From Histomonas meleagridis 2922-C6/04-290x (Eukaryota; Protista; Parabasalia), in assembly GCA_020184695.1 (NCBI GenBank), contig JAANOX010000142.1, positions 434,001-498,000 on the forward strand: a stretch of 64,000 nt of DNA, written 5' to 3'. A program made the translations under genes and the position numbers. Positions within the stretch are counted from its first letter, which is position 1, and each line of letters opens with the position of its first letter. The notes beneath the pieces were generated by a model. The model was not told where the DNA came from. It worked only from the letters and a program-made list of their open reading frames with translations, and made no database searches. Shown one piece after another: positions 10,469-23,200 of the stretch.

Positions 10469-12280
10469 ATGTCAGAGAGTTCATCTGAAGATGCTTCTTC
10501 TAGAGCACGCGAAGAAATTAATCGTCTACTTCTCTCTGCAGGTTATTTCAGAGTTAGAATGCCAGACTTAGATGACTTTGATAAAGTTGCAGGTGGATTA
10601 TCATGGGCATTAAAGGCCTCCACAGTTGATGTTAATGTTGATATTTTCTTCAAAGAAAAGCCCAACATTGGTGAAAAGATCAGGATATCTGATTCCATTA
10701 TTACTGCACTTCGTAAATCTGGCTGTCCATACAACTTAAGTCCTCACCAAATTCAAGGCCTTGACTTTCCACAACTATTTCCTGTAGTGCAATGGCTTGT
10801 TAAAAAAGTTATTGCTACTCGAGAAGAATTTGGAGATTTTCAACGATCCTATGCCGAATTCTCCTTTAATAATCGCTACGCCAATCTCCCCAGTGATGTT
10901 CTTCTTAAGCAACATTCACATTCATCAAGTCATAACATCCATCAAATGAAACAATATTATCCACCCAAGCGTTATTACAAACGAAATGAATGGTTCAAGA
11001 CCAGTGAACTGAAGCACATCGAAACCACTCTTCTAGAATATGGTCGAATTCCAACTCTCATCACATCTTCAATATCCGTCAACTCATCACAACCACAAAA
11101 TGCGCAATCAACACCAGACTCACCAAGACATAAATCCTCCCTTTCCCAAGCCAATTCTGCCGAACAAGAAAGTCCTGAAATTACTGAGCAACGTAACATC
11201 GAACTCAAACAAGCACTTTCGACAATGCAGCGCCAAACAGATGACACAGCAGACTTAGACAGTTCCATTATCAACAACATAGTCTCCCGTAATGAAGAAA
11301 TTGCAGCGGCGCATTCCATCTTCGAAGCTCAAAAGTTCGATGTCGAAGTATCAATAACAGAATCCGAACTCAGAGCGAACCACAGCCAACAAATGGAGAA
11401 AGTAACGAGTCGCTTATCCAATGCCAAAGCCGAAGGGCGTAAAGTCACTGAAGAATATAACACTACTCATTCCAAACTTGAAGAAGTCACACAAACGTAT
11501 GAAGAACAAAAGATACAAAACGAGAAACTTAAACAGACAATAAAGAAATACAACGAAATCATAAACCAATCGCAACATACCGAAGAGTTAATGCGTGCGA
11601 TATCAGTCCGCGATAATACACAAGAAGCAATTGAATCATTTAAGAACCAATGCCAAAGCGAAATGAAAGAATGGCAACGCCGAATCCAAATACTTAAAGA
11701 GAAGCAAAATGGCACTGGCGATAACGTGACTAATGATGATCGATTGTATGCGACACTTGAACAATATGAACATGAATGGGAGCAGAAACAAGTAATGCTA
11801 TCAGAGAAAGCACGAATCGTATTAAAGTTACGTACCGAATATGATTCAGTCCCAACGCTTGCAGAGTTAACGCAGTATGATCGAAGATTAAATGAGTTAA
11901 GTACACAATCGTTACATGAGTTGACAGAATTGAAGAAGAGGACACAACTATGTAATGCATTGATCGAATCAGAAGAAGTCCTTGAGAAGGAAAATGAATT
12001 ATTTAACTCAATCTTGAAGAGCTTTAACCAGGCAAAGAATTCACAACAAATGCAAAGAGCATTGGTGCAACAAATGGAAGAAATATCAAAACAAGCATCA
12101 GCAAAAAAGGAAAAAGTTTTGGAGGAAATCGCAAAGAAAAGAGAAGCATTGGCAAAGTTGGACGAACAGCATAGAAAATTGCTAGAAAGTCAACGAAGAT
12201 ATTTCCAGGCGGTTAAGGAATATCAGGATTTATACGACAGACTGGAAAGTCTGAGAGAGGACGAGGAAGAGGATGAGTAA
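10469..12280 (+). CDS. CCDC93: Coiled-coil domain-containing protein 93 (CCC/Commander complex subunit)
   Basis: N-terminus LLSAGYFRVRMPDLDDFDKVAGGLSWAL...CPYNLSPHQIQGLDFPQLFPVVQWLVKKV matches the CCDC93 N-terminal domain. The C-terminal coiled coil contains DSVPTLAELTQYDRRLNEL. Confidence 0.9.
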   Translation: MSESSSEDASSRAREEINRLLLSAGYFRVRMPDLDDFDKVAGGLSWALKASTVDVNVDIFFKEKPNIGEKIRISDSIITALRKSGCPYNLSPHQIQGLDFPQLFPVVQWLVKKVIATREEFGDFQRSYAEFSFNNRYANLPSDVLLKQHSHSSSHNIHQMKQYYPPKRYYKRNEWFKTSELKHIETTLLEYGRIPTLITSSISVNSSQPQNAQSTPDSPRHKSSLSQANSAEQESPEITEQRNIELKQALSTMQRQTDDTADLDSSIINNIVSRNEEIAAAHSIFEAQKFDVEVSITESELRANHSQQMEKVTSRLSNAKAEGRKVTEEYNTTHSKLEEVTQTYEEQKIQNEKLKQTIKKYNEIINQSQHTEELMRAISVRDNTQEAIESFKNQCQSEMKEWQRRIQILKEKQNGTGDNVTNDDRLYATLEQYEHEWEQKQVMLSEKARIVLKLRTEYDSVPTLAELTQYDRRLNELSTQSLHELTELKKRTQLCNALIESEEVLEKENELFNSILKSFNQAKNSQQMQRALVQQMEEISKQASAKKEKVLEEIAKKREALAKLDEQHRKLLESQRRYFQAVKEYQDLYDRLESLREDEEEDE

Positions 12281-13141
12281 AAATCATTTCAGTGACTTTT
12301 CTGTGGCAAACGTGCGAAGTAACTCGTGACAATCGGATTTGAATGGAAAACGATTAAAGGGCCCCATTCGGATAAACTAATCAATCAATTTTTGTCACTT
12401 TTGACCTGCCTTTAAAAAAAATAACAAAAATCATTCAAAATGCTTTTTTAACAAAAATAATGACTGTAACTGAAAGGATAAGGATTATATTTAATAGGTC
12501 TTCCATCATATTTTTAAATATTGTCCAATTCAATCAAATTGATCAATCGGAAATAACTTATATATGACTATTACATGAATATGCCATCAATATATTTGAA
12601 ATGTTTTGAGTTCATTAATATTTTCGATAGATTTAAAAAGAGTTAAATATCAGGATTTTATATAATCAAATAAATTAAGTAATATTTCATTTGACATGTT
12701 CAATCGGTTCGAAGTCAAATTTGAATGAGTGGATGTATAAAAATCACTCAATCAGCTCGTATCGTTATCAAAAACAATTTTAGAATGAAGTTTGCTCAAG
12801 AAACGGTGGTATTGACTCGTTTTATCCATTTATACATCTATACAATTCTATTCGCCCCTATCGTCATTTATCGTTGCTGCTATCGTATAGTATAAACCAT
12901 GCAAAAGTCGATCTTGTCACTTTTTGGAATGAAAGAATAAATTTATCTCGTGCTAATCATGATATTATCATTAGATTTATATTAATAATAGATTCAACTA
13001 TATATATATATTATATATTCATGGTATCAAGATCGTAGGATGATCGCTATATACGAGTTGCAGCAATCGAAAGTCAAAACCACATTTGGCCATGACGCCC
13101 ATTTGACTTTGTGAGTCATTTTGCAGTTTGATGCTCAGCAA

Positions 13142-15001
13142 ATGAATATTGCATTAAGTATATCCACAATTACACTAATAGTAGGTGCTTCATGTGTTGA
13201 AAATAAATCAGATTTACATCAAACAAATTCTAAAATTTCAAATTCCTATTTTCAATTCTTCAAACACAATAGAGTACTGAATAAACTTTCAGAAGAGAAA
13301 AGTCAAGAAAGCATTAATGAGCGCAAAACATTTTCTTCTTCAAATTTACACACATCTATCCAACATAAAAATTTCATTAAATCACATTTAATATTGGATA
13401 AAAATAATTACAAAACTCCTGATTTAGATTCACAGATAAATAAGAAGAACGAAAAACTTCTTGCGTCAGACGATACAATTTGGTTTGAGCTTATTTCTTA
13501 TGGAAGATTCCAAAACGGTGACAAATTTGGGTTTACAATTGTTGATGCACCCAGGAGTGACATGGAGCTTAATTATACAAATAAGCAATGCACTTGGAGT
13601 AATGATATAATACGAACTGGTATTTATTTTGAAGATCGAGATGAAACAATAACCTTTACTGTATATTATCCATATTTTTCAGATGTGAATTCACAAGGAT
13701 ATAAAATTATTAATACTAATGTCGTGCAAACATCATCAGCAAAGGAACAATTAAACATCCTTGCAGGCGAAACATATACTTATTACGGGAAAGAAGATGC
13801 TCAAATTCAAGTGTATACTATAACACCAATTCTTGAAATTACAATTCAACTTGGTTCTGGATTCGATCCGAATGAAATATCATCAACGAATTGGCGATTT
13901 TATATTAGTGGATTAAAGCACGAAGGCACATTTAATGTTAAGACACGTGCAGTCAGTGCTGATTCCAATGCGAGTATTATTAATGAATATGAAATTACGA
14001 ATGGAGAATATACGAATGATGTTTCACGAGGCACAAGAGTTTATAATGTATATGCTCTTGCACAAAAATATGAAGAATTAACACTTAAAGCAACAATAAA
14101 TGGAGAAACCTTTTATCAACGATATGATTCTGCTGAAATTAAAATTCTAACCATATATCATTATAATTTTACATTGAATAGACCAACAAATACATTTACT
14201 AAATCGAATACATTTACTAATTCAAACACATTCTCTAAATCAAATACATTTACTAAATCGAATACATTTTCTAAATCGAATACATTTACTAATTCAAACA
14301 CATTCTATAAATCAAATACATTTACTAAATCGAATACATTTTCTAAATCAAATACATTTACTAATTCAAACACATTCTCTAAATCAAATACATTTACTGA
14401 ATCAAATACATTTACTAAATCAAATACATTTACTAAATCGAATACATTTTATGAAACATTTCTAAATAGTGAATCTTTAACTCATTCATTTGTATTAATT
14501 CAAACTATAACAAATACGAAAACACTTCTTATTAATACATTTTTTTTTTTTTCATTATATTTAACATTTAGTAATTTAAATCGTTATTTCACGTATTCAG
14601 AATTCATATTTTATAAATATACAATTATTCAATATTTAATTTCATATTCATTTTATTCGAAATATTATTATATTATCAACGAAAACGAAGAAAATGTTCA
14701 AAATGATAATGAAAAGAATATTCTTATAATTATTTGTGTTGTTATTATTGTTCTAATCATTTTTTGTTTTATTCTTATTCTTTATATTTATCGACGAAAA
14801 CATAAAAAAAATTCACCATCATTTGAAGAAAACGAAATGAACGAAGAAAATGACGAAAATTATCAAAATAATAAAAATTATCAAAATGAAGGAAATGTTA
14901 TCGATCACAAAATCATAAACATTCACATGAATCATATTGAAGAAGATCCATTTGCGAATGATTTCCAAGATAATGAATTTGATAACCACATTCAAATATA
15001 A
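13142..15001 (+). CDS. Type-I membrane/surface protein, NTFTKS-stalk family, copy B
   Basis: The track start 13121 is TTG; ATG is at 13142, preceded by an Inr-like TCATTT at 13116. Signal peptide, shared core, 14 full NTFxxS repeats, TM helix and EEDPFANDF tail. Confidence 0.85.
   Translation: MNIALSISTITLIVGASCVENKSDLHQTNSKISNSYFQFFKHNRVLNKLSEEKSQESINERKTFSSSNLHTSIQHKNFIKSHLILDKNNYKTPDLDSQINKKNEKLLASDDTIWFELISYGRFQNGDKFGFTIVDAPRSDMELNYTNKQCTWSNDIIRTGIYFEDRDETITFTVYYPYFSDVNSQGYKIINTNVVQTSSAKEQLNILAGETYTYYGKEDAQIQVYTITPILEITIQLGSGFDPNEISSTNWRFYISGLKHEGTFNVKTRAVSADSNASIINEYEITNGEYTNDVSRGTRVYNVYALAQKYEELTLKATINGETFYQRYDSAEIKILTIYHYNFTLNRPTNTFTKSNTFTNSNTFSKSNTFTKSNTFSKSNTFTNSNTFYKSNTFTKSNTFSKSNTFTNSNTFSKSNTFTESNTFTKSNTFTKSNTFYETFLNSESLTHSFVLIQTITNTKTLLINTFFFFSLYLTFSNLNRYFTYSEFIFYKYTIIQYLISYSFYSKYYYIINENEENVQNDNEKNILIIICVVIIVLIIFCFILILYIYRRKHKKNSPSFEENEMNEENDENYQNNKNYQNEGNVIDHKIINIHMNHIEEDPFANDFQDNEFDNHIQI
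14189..14458 (+). repeat. 18-bp coding tandem repeat (aatacatttactaaatc[a/g]) encoding the NTFTKS stalk
   Basis: About 15 units here. The same unit occurs at 1716-1760, 19244-19405, 56633-56797 and 59048-59191. Confidence 0.95.
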
Positions 15002-16706
15002 ATAATTCATAATGCATATATTGTGAATATTTTCTATGAGTCTATTCAATTTTTAGTCTTGTGAGAAGAGAATAAGATCACAGATTCTAAAGCTTTCATT
15101 TCTTTTATCAGATGGGAAATTGTTTAACTAAACAATTTCGAATGATAAAGTTGCAAAAAATAAGTAAAAATTGAAAAACCTGATTCGCAAAGATATTTAA
15201 ATAAATCTGGTGTTTTATTAATTGCATATAACTAAAATCAAAAATATTGTGTTTTTAACAATTTTCCTTTTCATTTAGAATTTAAAAAAAAAAAGATTTC
15301 GAATGATGTTCTTTTAAATCTAAAAAGCTTTAATTAAAATGAGCTACAAATCATTTTCACTTCTCAGTCTTGATGTGAAAAAGATGTGTATGCCATTGGT
15401 GATTTAAAGAGTGCTCTATATTCAATTTTTTTCAAATTTAAAATGTCGTTTAGAGGTACTTCAACTCTAAATTCTTCAATAGTTTTTCTTTGAAAATCAA
15501 AATGTATGAGAAATTTCGTGTATTGAGTTTAAATATAAATTTTTAGGCAATTTCGACTGCTGAATGTTGAGATCTCCATCTGATCAATTTTTCTCTTTTT
15601 TCTAAAATTTTCAAAAATCCTTTAGAATAATAAAACCCTTCAAGGTCCAATGTAAATATCAGAAAATTTGCTTGATTGTTATTCAATATTTGGAGAAAAA
15701 GTAAAAATATGTGAAAAAATCAAACATTTCAATGCTAATTGAAATAAATCTTTATATATCAAGTGGTGACGTCATTTTATTTTTAATGTATTAATATAAG
15801 TGATATTTTTTTCATAAATACATATATATAAGCATAATTTAAAATGTTTAGAATAAGAAATTTTCGTTTCAAAATAAGGTGAAGTGACAAATTAAGGTGT
15901 GATTTTTTTAATTTTTTGATTTTTTTAAGCAATGTTAAAATTATTATGAATTGCGCTGCATGACTATAATTTACTTTATTGTTACTTTAAAATGCTCAGT
16001 TATTTTTGTTAAAAATTAAATGAGAAGACTTTTTTTCGATTTTTCATTATTTCAAATTAATTCTTCGATAGATACTTTTTAAATCTACATATATTAATAT
16101 ATTCAAGTAGGTAATATTGAATTTTATGTTTTGTTAAAATATATTGGCATAATTCAGAGATATTATCGTTTTTTATTTTGTTATAACAATTATCGGTTAT
16201 ATAACCCACCCCTGCTTTTTCTTGTTTGCAGGCCAATTAATGATAGAAATTAGCAGAAAAAAATTGAAACTAAATATATCTCAATTCTCTGGATATAAAA
16301 TTGAGTACTTTTTTCGGAATAAGAGACTTCAGCTAAAGAATGTAATATATATCAAATTATATAAATATATCAAGTGCATTTTCCAGGAAATTTAATACAA
16401 AAATATATCGTATTTATCAAAAAGTTGTCATTTTCTGAGGATTCGTGAGTTTTCACAATCTATCGTTTCATCAAGAAGCACAATATAAAAAAAAAAAATT
16501 AGCAATTGAATTCATATAAAAATCTGAATATAAATAGAAGACTCATAATATTTTAATTTTTGCTTGGTCAAAAAGTTGCGCAAATAAAATTATGTTTATG
16601 CTTTGTCAACAAAACGAGATCTGAACACCCCAGAGGTACCTCTTGTAATTTTTGTAATTTTTTGAATGTTTTTATTATCGTTAACCGTATACCTTTCAGA
16701 TTGCTG

Positions 16707-17948
16707 ATGAGTGCTTTGCTTGGGAAAGAAAATGAAATTTTTGAAATTCTTTCACTAATGGTATCACCTGATCCCAACATTAGCAACAATAGCAGTAACT
16801 TATTTATAGCTATATCATTTATTCATCCCGACTTAATAATCCAAAATCTTGATCAAATTCAGCTTATAATCCTCTCTCTTTGTTCATCACCCGACCCATT
16901 ATGGGGCACCATTTCATCTATCTTTTTTGGTCTCTCTAATGCGATCAATTTAAGAACTCAATCACTTCCAGCATGTTTTCTCAAGCTTATTGAGATATCC
17001 TATGATGTCACCAAAGTTTCTCTTTCGACAGCTACCGATCCTCAATGTTTCTATCCGCATTTATGTATTCTTACAGAAACAATAATAAATTGTTATGATT
17101 CCTCTTTTGAAATCACTAAAGATATTTTTATTGCCATTACCGATCATTGCATGCTAGGATTCACTTCCTATTCCCCATTAATCCAAGTTCTTATTGACAA
17201 ATTTCAACAGATTGTTACAATTGCACAAGATCTCGATCCCAACGATTTGTCCAAAATATCCAATCCGCTTTTGTCCCATGACAAGACCGTAGCCCACTTT
17301 TATATCACACTTTGGTCCAATCTCATGATCAAAATGATCGATAATCCAATAGCTGTCCAAGCTCTTCGTAGGCAAGCTACTGGCCTAATATACCATTCTC
17401 GCAAGCACGAGCCTTATCAAGAGGCTGCCAAATTCCTTCTTGACATCACTCGAAGTTCATCTGATGATCGGCCGCGACTTCAAAAAGGAAGTCGTTCCAT
17501 AGCTGAACGCGTTCTCAATGAGCTTAAATCATATCGCAAGCGCACCAAACAAACCGAATTCAAATCGAATCATAATCAAAAGCATCAAAAATCATTGACG
17601 CAATTTACAGTTCATAAAGCGCAAGTTGCGGTCAACACGCACAAAGGACACGGAAAACTTAGCCCAAAGAATTGGAAAGAGAACTTGGAATTGCGCCTTG
17701 TCGAAGAGGCCGGCATTTTGTTCTGGTCTAAGGCCGAAAACATGTTGCATAAGGGCGTAGCTGTGCAGTGCTCTGACATTGAAAACTTGTCGCTGATTCG
17801 AGAAAGTCAAACTGAGTGTGAAAAAGAAAATGTGATCAAGGTGCAAATGAACTCCAAAGTTTGTTACTTTTTGGCATTTGCGAGTTATCAAATGGCGAAC
17901 CAATGGCAAAACTTGATAAAGCAAGCACGGTTCATCGGAACGAAGTAG
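16707..17948 (+). CDS. Helical (ARM/HEAT-like) N-terminus plus C-terminal PH-like domain protein
   Basis: The track start is TTG; first ATG is 16707 (MSALLGKENEIF). The C-terminal ~100 aa has a PH pattern, ending FLAFASYQMANQWQNLIKQA (terminal helix with Trp). Confidence 0.6.
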   Translation: MSALLGKENEIFEILSLMVSPDPNISNNSSNLFIAISFIHPDLIIQNLDQIQLIILSLCSSPDPLWGTISSIFFGLSNAINLRTQSLPACFLKLIEISYDVTKVSLSTATDPQCFYPHLCILTETIINCYDSSFEITKDIFIAITDHCMLGFTSYSPLIQVLIDKFQQIVTIAQDLDPNDLSKISNPLLSHDKTVAHFYITLWSNLMIKMIDNPIAVQALRRQATGLIYHSRKHEPYQEAAKFLLDITRSSSDDRPRLQKGSRSIAERVLNELKSYRKRTKQTEFKSNHNQKHQKSLTQFTVHKAQVAVNTHKGHGKLSPKNWKENLELRLVEEAGILFWSKAENMLHKGVAVQCSDIENLSLIRESQTECEKENVIKVQMNSKVCYFLAFASYQMANQWQNLIKQARFIGTK

Positions 17949-18196
17949 GAATGTGTAAATCTGAACTCAAACCAAATATAACTTTGTGCCGTTAATTGTG
18001 GGAATTGGGCTCTGAACCGTTTTTGATATGAAGATCACAAAAAGTTGTTTTATTTCAATGTTATATAACAATCCACGATCCCCAACCGTACTTTTGGGTG
18101 GTTTAAATTAAAACGCAACTTTTTGTGTTAATTGAATCACTTTTTGCAGTTTTTTAGTTCGTTTCATAACGCTTCTAGATTTCTCGATAAAACAAA

Positions 18197-19900
18197 ATGA
18201 GCTCACTAACAATTACCTTACTAATTATACTCAGGGTGGGTATGTCGTGTAATGGAAACAATTCAGATTTACATCAAACAAATTCTAAAATTTCAAATTC
18301 CTATTTTCAATTCTTCAAACACAATAGAGTACTGAATAAACTTTCAGAAGAGAAAAGTCAAGAAAGCATTAATGATCGCAAAACATTTTCTTCTTCAAAT
18401 TTACACACATCTATCCAACATGAAAATTTCATTAAATCACATTTAATATTGGATAAAAATAATTACAAAACTCCTGATTTAGATTCACAGATAAATAATA
18501 GGAACAAAAAACTTATTGCGGCAGACGATACAATTTGGTTTGAGCTTATTTCTTATGGAAGATTCCAAAACGGTGACAAATTTGGGTTTACAATTGTTGA
18601 TGCACCCAGGAGTGACATGGAAATTAAGTACATAAATAAGCAATGCACTTGGAGTAATGATATAATACGAACTGGTATTTATTTTGAAGATTACAGCGAA
18701 GAAATAACCTTTACTGTATATTATCCATATTTTTCAGATGTGAATTCACAAGGATATAAAAATATTAATACTAATGTAGTGCAAACATCATCAGCAAAGG
18801 AACAATTAAACATCCTTGCAGGCGAAACATATACTTATTACGGGAAAGAAGATGCTCAAATTCAAGTGTATACTATAACGCCAATACTTGAAATTACAAT
18901 TCAACTTGGTTCTGGATTCGATCCGAATGAAATATCATCAACGAATTGGCGATTTTATATTAGTGGGTTAAAGCACGAAGGCACATTTAATGTTAAGACA
19001 CGTGCAGTCAGTGCTGATTCCAATGCAAGTATTATTAATGAATATGAAATTACGAATGGAGAATATACGAATGATGTTTCACGAGGCACAAGAGTTTATA
19101 ATGTATATGCTCTTGCACAAAAATATGAAGAATTAACACTTAAAGCAACAATAAATGGAGAAACCTTTTATCAACGATATGATTCTGCTGAAATTAAAAC
19201 TCTAACCATACATCATTATAATTTTACATTGAATAGACCAACAAATACATTTACTAAATCGAATACATTTACTGAATCAAATACATTTACTGAATCAAAT
19301 ACATTTACTAAATCAAATATATTTACTAAATCAAATACATTTACTAAATCGAATACATTTACTAAATCAAATACATTTACAAATACATTTACTGTATCAA
19401 ATACATATGCAAATTCATTAGCGAATACTGTAACTTTAACATGCTCTTTCACATTAATGTATTCTTTATTAGTTTCTCAATCTTTAACTTTAACAAATTA
19501 TATCATCAGTTCGTATGTATTGACTATGATTAATGCTTATTCGACATATATTTCCATGAATTATGTCACGTATAATTTTAAGGTTATTCATTATTCATAT
19601 TTATATAGTTATTATACAAATTCACTTTTTTATCAATGCATTGAACAAAATGAAACAAACAGTGATAACATTATATCAACGAATGTTTTAATTGGGATTA
19701 TATGCGGTTCATTTGCAGCAATCCTGATAATTGTCGGTGTAATTATTTTTGTAATTCGACACAAACAAACGGAAGAAGAACCCCAACAGCAGGAGAATTC
19801 ACTTAAAGAAAACCCATTTCAGGACGACGATATCGTCATTAGCAATGTTGATCATGAATTTTATGATCTTGCGCAACAAGAGAAAGACAAATGGGTTTAA
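18197..19900 (+). CDS. Type-I membrane/surface protein, NTFTKS-stalk family, copy C (different signal peptide and C-terminal module)
   Basis: Near-identical to copy B from SDLHQTNSK up to the repeats, then an unrelated stalk, TM (VLIGIICGSFAAILIIVGVIIFVI) and a tail with ENPFQDDD. Confidence 0.85.
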   Translation: MSSLTITLLIILRVGMSCNGNNSDLHQTNSKISNSYFQFFKHNRVLNKLSEEKSQESINDRKTFSSSNLHTSIQHENFIKSHLILDKNNYKTPDLDSQINNRNKKLIAADDTIWFELISYGRFQNGDKFGFTIVDAPRSDMEIKYINKQCTWSNDIIRTGIYFEDYSEEITFTVYYPYFSDVNSQGYKNINTNVVQTSSAKEQLNILAGETYTYYGKEDAQIQVYTITPILEITIQLGSGFDPNEISSTNWRFYISGLKHEGTFNVKTRAVSADSNASIINEYEITNGEYTNDVSRGTRVYNVYALAQKYEELTLKATINGETFYQRYDSAEIKTLTIHHYNFTLNRPTNTFTKSNTFTESNTFTESNTFTKSNIFTKSNTFTKSNTFTKSNTFTNTFTVSNTYANSLANTVTLTCSFTLMYSLLVSQSLTLTNYIISSYVLTMINAYSTYISMNYVTYNFKVIHYSYLYSYYTNSLFYQCIEQNETNSDNIISTNVLIGIICGSFAAILIIVGVIIFVIRHKQTEEEPQQQENSLKENPFQDDDIVISNVDHEFYDLAQQEKDKWV

Positions 19901-20282
19901 TAACCGCATAAATCTCAAGTATAGTTATTAAAGTTAAATTATTTTTTATGTAAAAACACAATACGCTCAAATCAAATAATTCGAAAATTACATTAAGATG
20001 AAAATAAATTTGTTTTTAAAACAATGCAATCAATTTATAAAAACTGATCAATGTTTTTGTGATACCGCATAATATATAAAAAGAAAAGTTATCAATTTCA
20101 TATGAAATATGTTCAACTCAAATTTAATTTAATTTACATAAATCATGAAAAATGAAATCAATTTATTTTTATAAAAATGTTTAAACATCAATAAGAATTA
20201 TAATTAAAAAAAAAAAAAATAAAAAATAAAAAAATTATTTACAAATCCGTTACATGTTCTATAACATTAATGTGTTCAACAA

Positions 20283-23200
20283 TCATTGTAATCTTGATAA
20301 GATTCGAATGTATTGTGGTTTAATTGGGTCATCATATTGCAAATCATTCAAATGACTTTCAAATGATGAGTAAACCATTTTCTTTAGTGCTGCTTTTCCT
20401 TCTTCAAATGTTGATAATGATTCATAAATTTCAAGAATTAATGATTCAATTCCACTATTTAAAAATGGTGAAATCGTTTCAATGATTCTTTCGACATGAT
20501 TTATTAATAATGGTAAACATTCGATCGTTGTTGCAATTCGTCGAATGATTGGAAAAGATTTAAAATTCCCTTCGTTTAATATTTGTAATAAATCTGAGAT
20601 AAAAGGTGCGCATAATTTCGCTGCATTTGGATTCATAGTAATATTTGATAAATAAACAAAAACATAATTCGAAACTTCATCATCTCTCATTAATCTCAAC
20701 ATTACTGGTAAACAATCCTCATAAATTTTCGAAAATTGATTCCGAGATGAAAGTGAAGCAAAAACCATGACTGTGAACTTTTTGATTTGTTTATTTTCGG
20801 TTTTAAGGAATTCAAAAAGTTCCCTTTCGTATTTTTGAATAAATTTTGCGCCTTCAGATTTAGAACAAATAATTCCTGCTAAACGAATAGCAAATTGTGT
20901 AATTTCCGATTCTTTCGAAAAAGAATTGTTAAAGAATTTAATAAGGTTTTCATTATTGTCATCGTTTAATATTAAATCAGCAGGAAGTAAAGTTAAACAA
21001 GCAATAGCTATTTTAGAGATTTCGTTGTTATTATGATTTAGAAGAGAAACGAAATGTTTTGAAAGTGTACTCATTAATGAAAATGTCGAAGGTTGCATGA
21101 GTAAAACATGAGAAAGATGTAAAGTAAAAATAATACTTTGTTCTGATTTAGAACGCAAAATTGATTTAAAAGGATTTTCTTTTATTTTCGCGAAAATTGG
21201 AAATGATTCATTAATTTGGAAAATTTGCATCAAAATTTTTAATGTTTCGATTTTTATTGATTCACTTTTATCCAAAAGAATTCCAAGAATTGAAAATAAG
21301 TTATCTAAGAACTCAACTGATGGTTGAATTGATTTAAGAAGGAATTGACAAAGTAATAAAATTTGATAATCGTTTTCTTCATTTGAACGATTTAAATTAT
21401 ATACTAAAGTTATTAAACCATTTGATTCTTCAATACTTAAAGGAAACGAAGGAAATAATTTCATCATTTCTAACGTCGAAAGAATTATATCAGGGAACAA
21501 AGCAAATTGTGATAAAAGATCAGGAATTGTAGTTAAGACATCATCAATAGAATCATATTGTTCATTAACAATTATCTTTTGAAGTAATAAAATTGTGTTT
21601 TTGCGTGAGTTTCGTCCTTTAGAAACAAGGAACTGTGAAAGCTTTTGGAAATGTTCTAATTTATATATTAATTTAGGATTAATATTACTCGAAAAAGAAA
21701 AAAGAATTTCAATAATTCTTTTATCTTCTGTCGCTAATAATAAATCAAGAATTATTTCATTTCTGTCTGATTTCATAAACAATGAAATAAATTCTTTATT
21801 TTGTCTTAAGTTATATAATATATTCATATTATCTTGTAATGATAAAACAATGTTTTTAGCATCGAATTTAAATATTTTGGTGATGATAACATTTTGATTT
21901 TCTTCATTGATGTTTGACAACAAATTTGTTATTAATAATTTCTTATCTTCAAGTTTTATTATCATTTGAGAATATTCATTAACTTTATTCTTATCTGTCC
22001 CATCAAACATTACTTCGCCATTCTCTATATCTGAAACAATTTTCTTGAAATCTGGCCTTTTATCAGGTTCTCTTTCACAACAATCACGAATTAACTTATA
22101 AAGATTAGGATTACAATTCTTTGGTATGATTGAATGATCATTATTAAGTGGATTTTCATCTTCGATAATTTCATTTGTTAATAATTCTAATAAAATTTTA
22201 CCAAATGAATAAACATCGACTTTACTATCATAATGATCTGAATGTTTTACTTCAGGCGCCATCCAAAAATTGGTCCCAACTCCGATTGTCATTACATCTT
22301 GATCATTATGTTGTCTACTTAATCCGAAATCAGATATTTTCGGAAAACTATTTGAATCAAGAAGTATATTTAAGCTTTTTAAATCTCGATGAATAAATTT
22401 CTTCTCATGAAGAAATCGCATTCCATATGCTATGCCTAAAGCTATTATTGTTTTGTCAGTTGGTGTAAGTATAGGTAATTCTTTATTATGAATTCGTTGA
22501 TATAATGAATGACCTGACATATATTCGGTAACAATAAATAACTTACTAATACAAATACCAATAAATGGAAGTATACATGGATGATTATATGTGGTAAATG
22601 CATGAACTTCTCGTTTAAATAACTCAAGTTGTTGGGCAGTTATATAAAGAGAGTTGACGCTTTTTAATGCAACATACGTATCGTTGCTCTTACGATGCGC
22701 GTAATAAACCATTGAAAAACCCCCTCTTCCAATCTCACTGCAGATGGTAAAGTCATCTTCTGGAAGATCCCATGGTAAATATTCTTTCAGTTCATCATTA
22801 ATCACAGATTGAGGTACAATACGTTCTGCGCTAAATGGTGAATTGTGGCGTTCAGAAATTATGGTTTGAACTTCCGAAACTCGTTCTCTTAAGATGCTTT
22901 TGTTTGATTCTGTTAATTTGTCTGATTTTTCGAGAATCTTTTTAAGTTCGTTCATGATCTTTTGACAATCTTCATAATCATTTTTTACAAATAGTGCTTG
23001 TTCTTTTGGAAAATAGAAATCTGGAGGAAATTGTAATTTAGTACAAATTAGATTATATTCCTTTCGAAACTTGGTTAGAGTTTGTACAACTGTTTCAACT
23101 TTGTATTTCATAGTTGTTTCTAAGCAATTTTCTTTATTATAAGAAATAATAAATTCATTCAATGCTTTAAACTTACTAATTAGTTCTAATATTATATTTA

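Noticed and set aside
14539-14552. Long T run in copy B (INTFFFFS versus INTFLSRS in D)
   Set aside because: Frame-neutral and may be a consensus or polishing artefact; cannot be interpreted without reads.
15330-15600. Minus-strand open stretch (…FDFQRKTIEEFRVEVPLND…)
   Set aside because: Interrupted by stops, with no start codon or recognisable homology.
19216-19452. Antisense ORF with VNVFDL repeats, and similar antisense ORFs at 30923, 25901, 10975 and others
   Set aside because: These are shadows of repeats or well-supported genes on the opposite strand.
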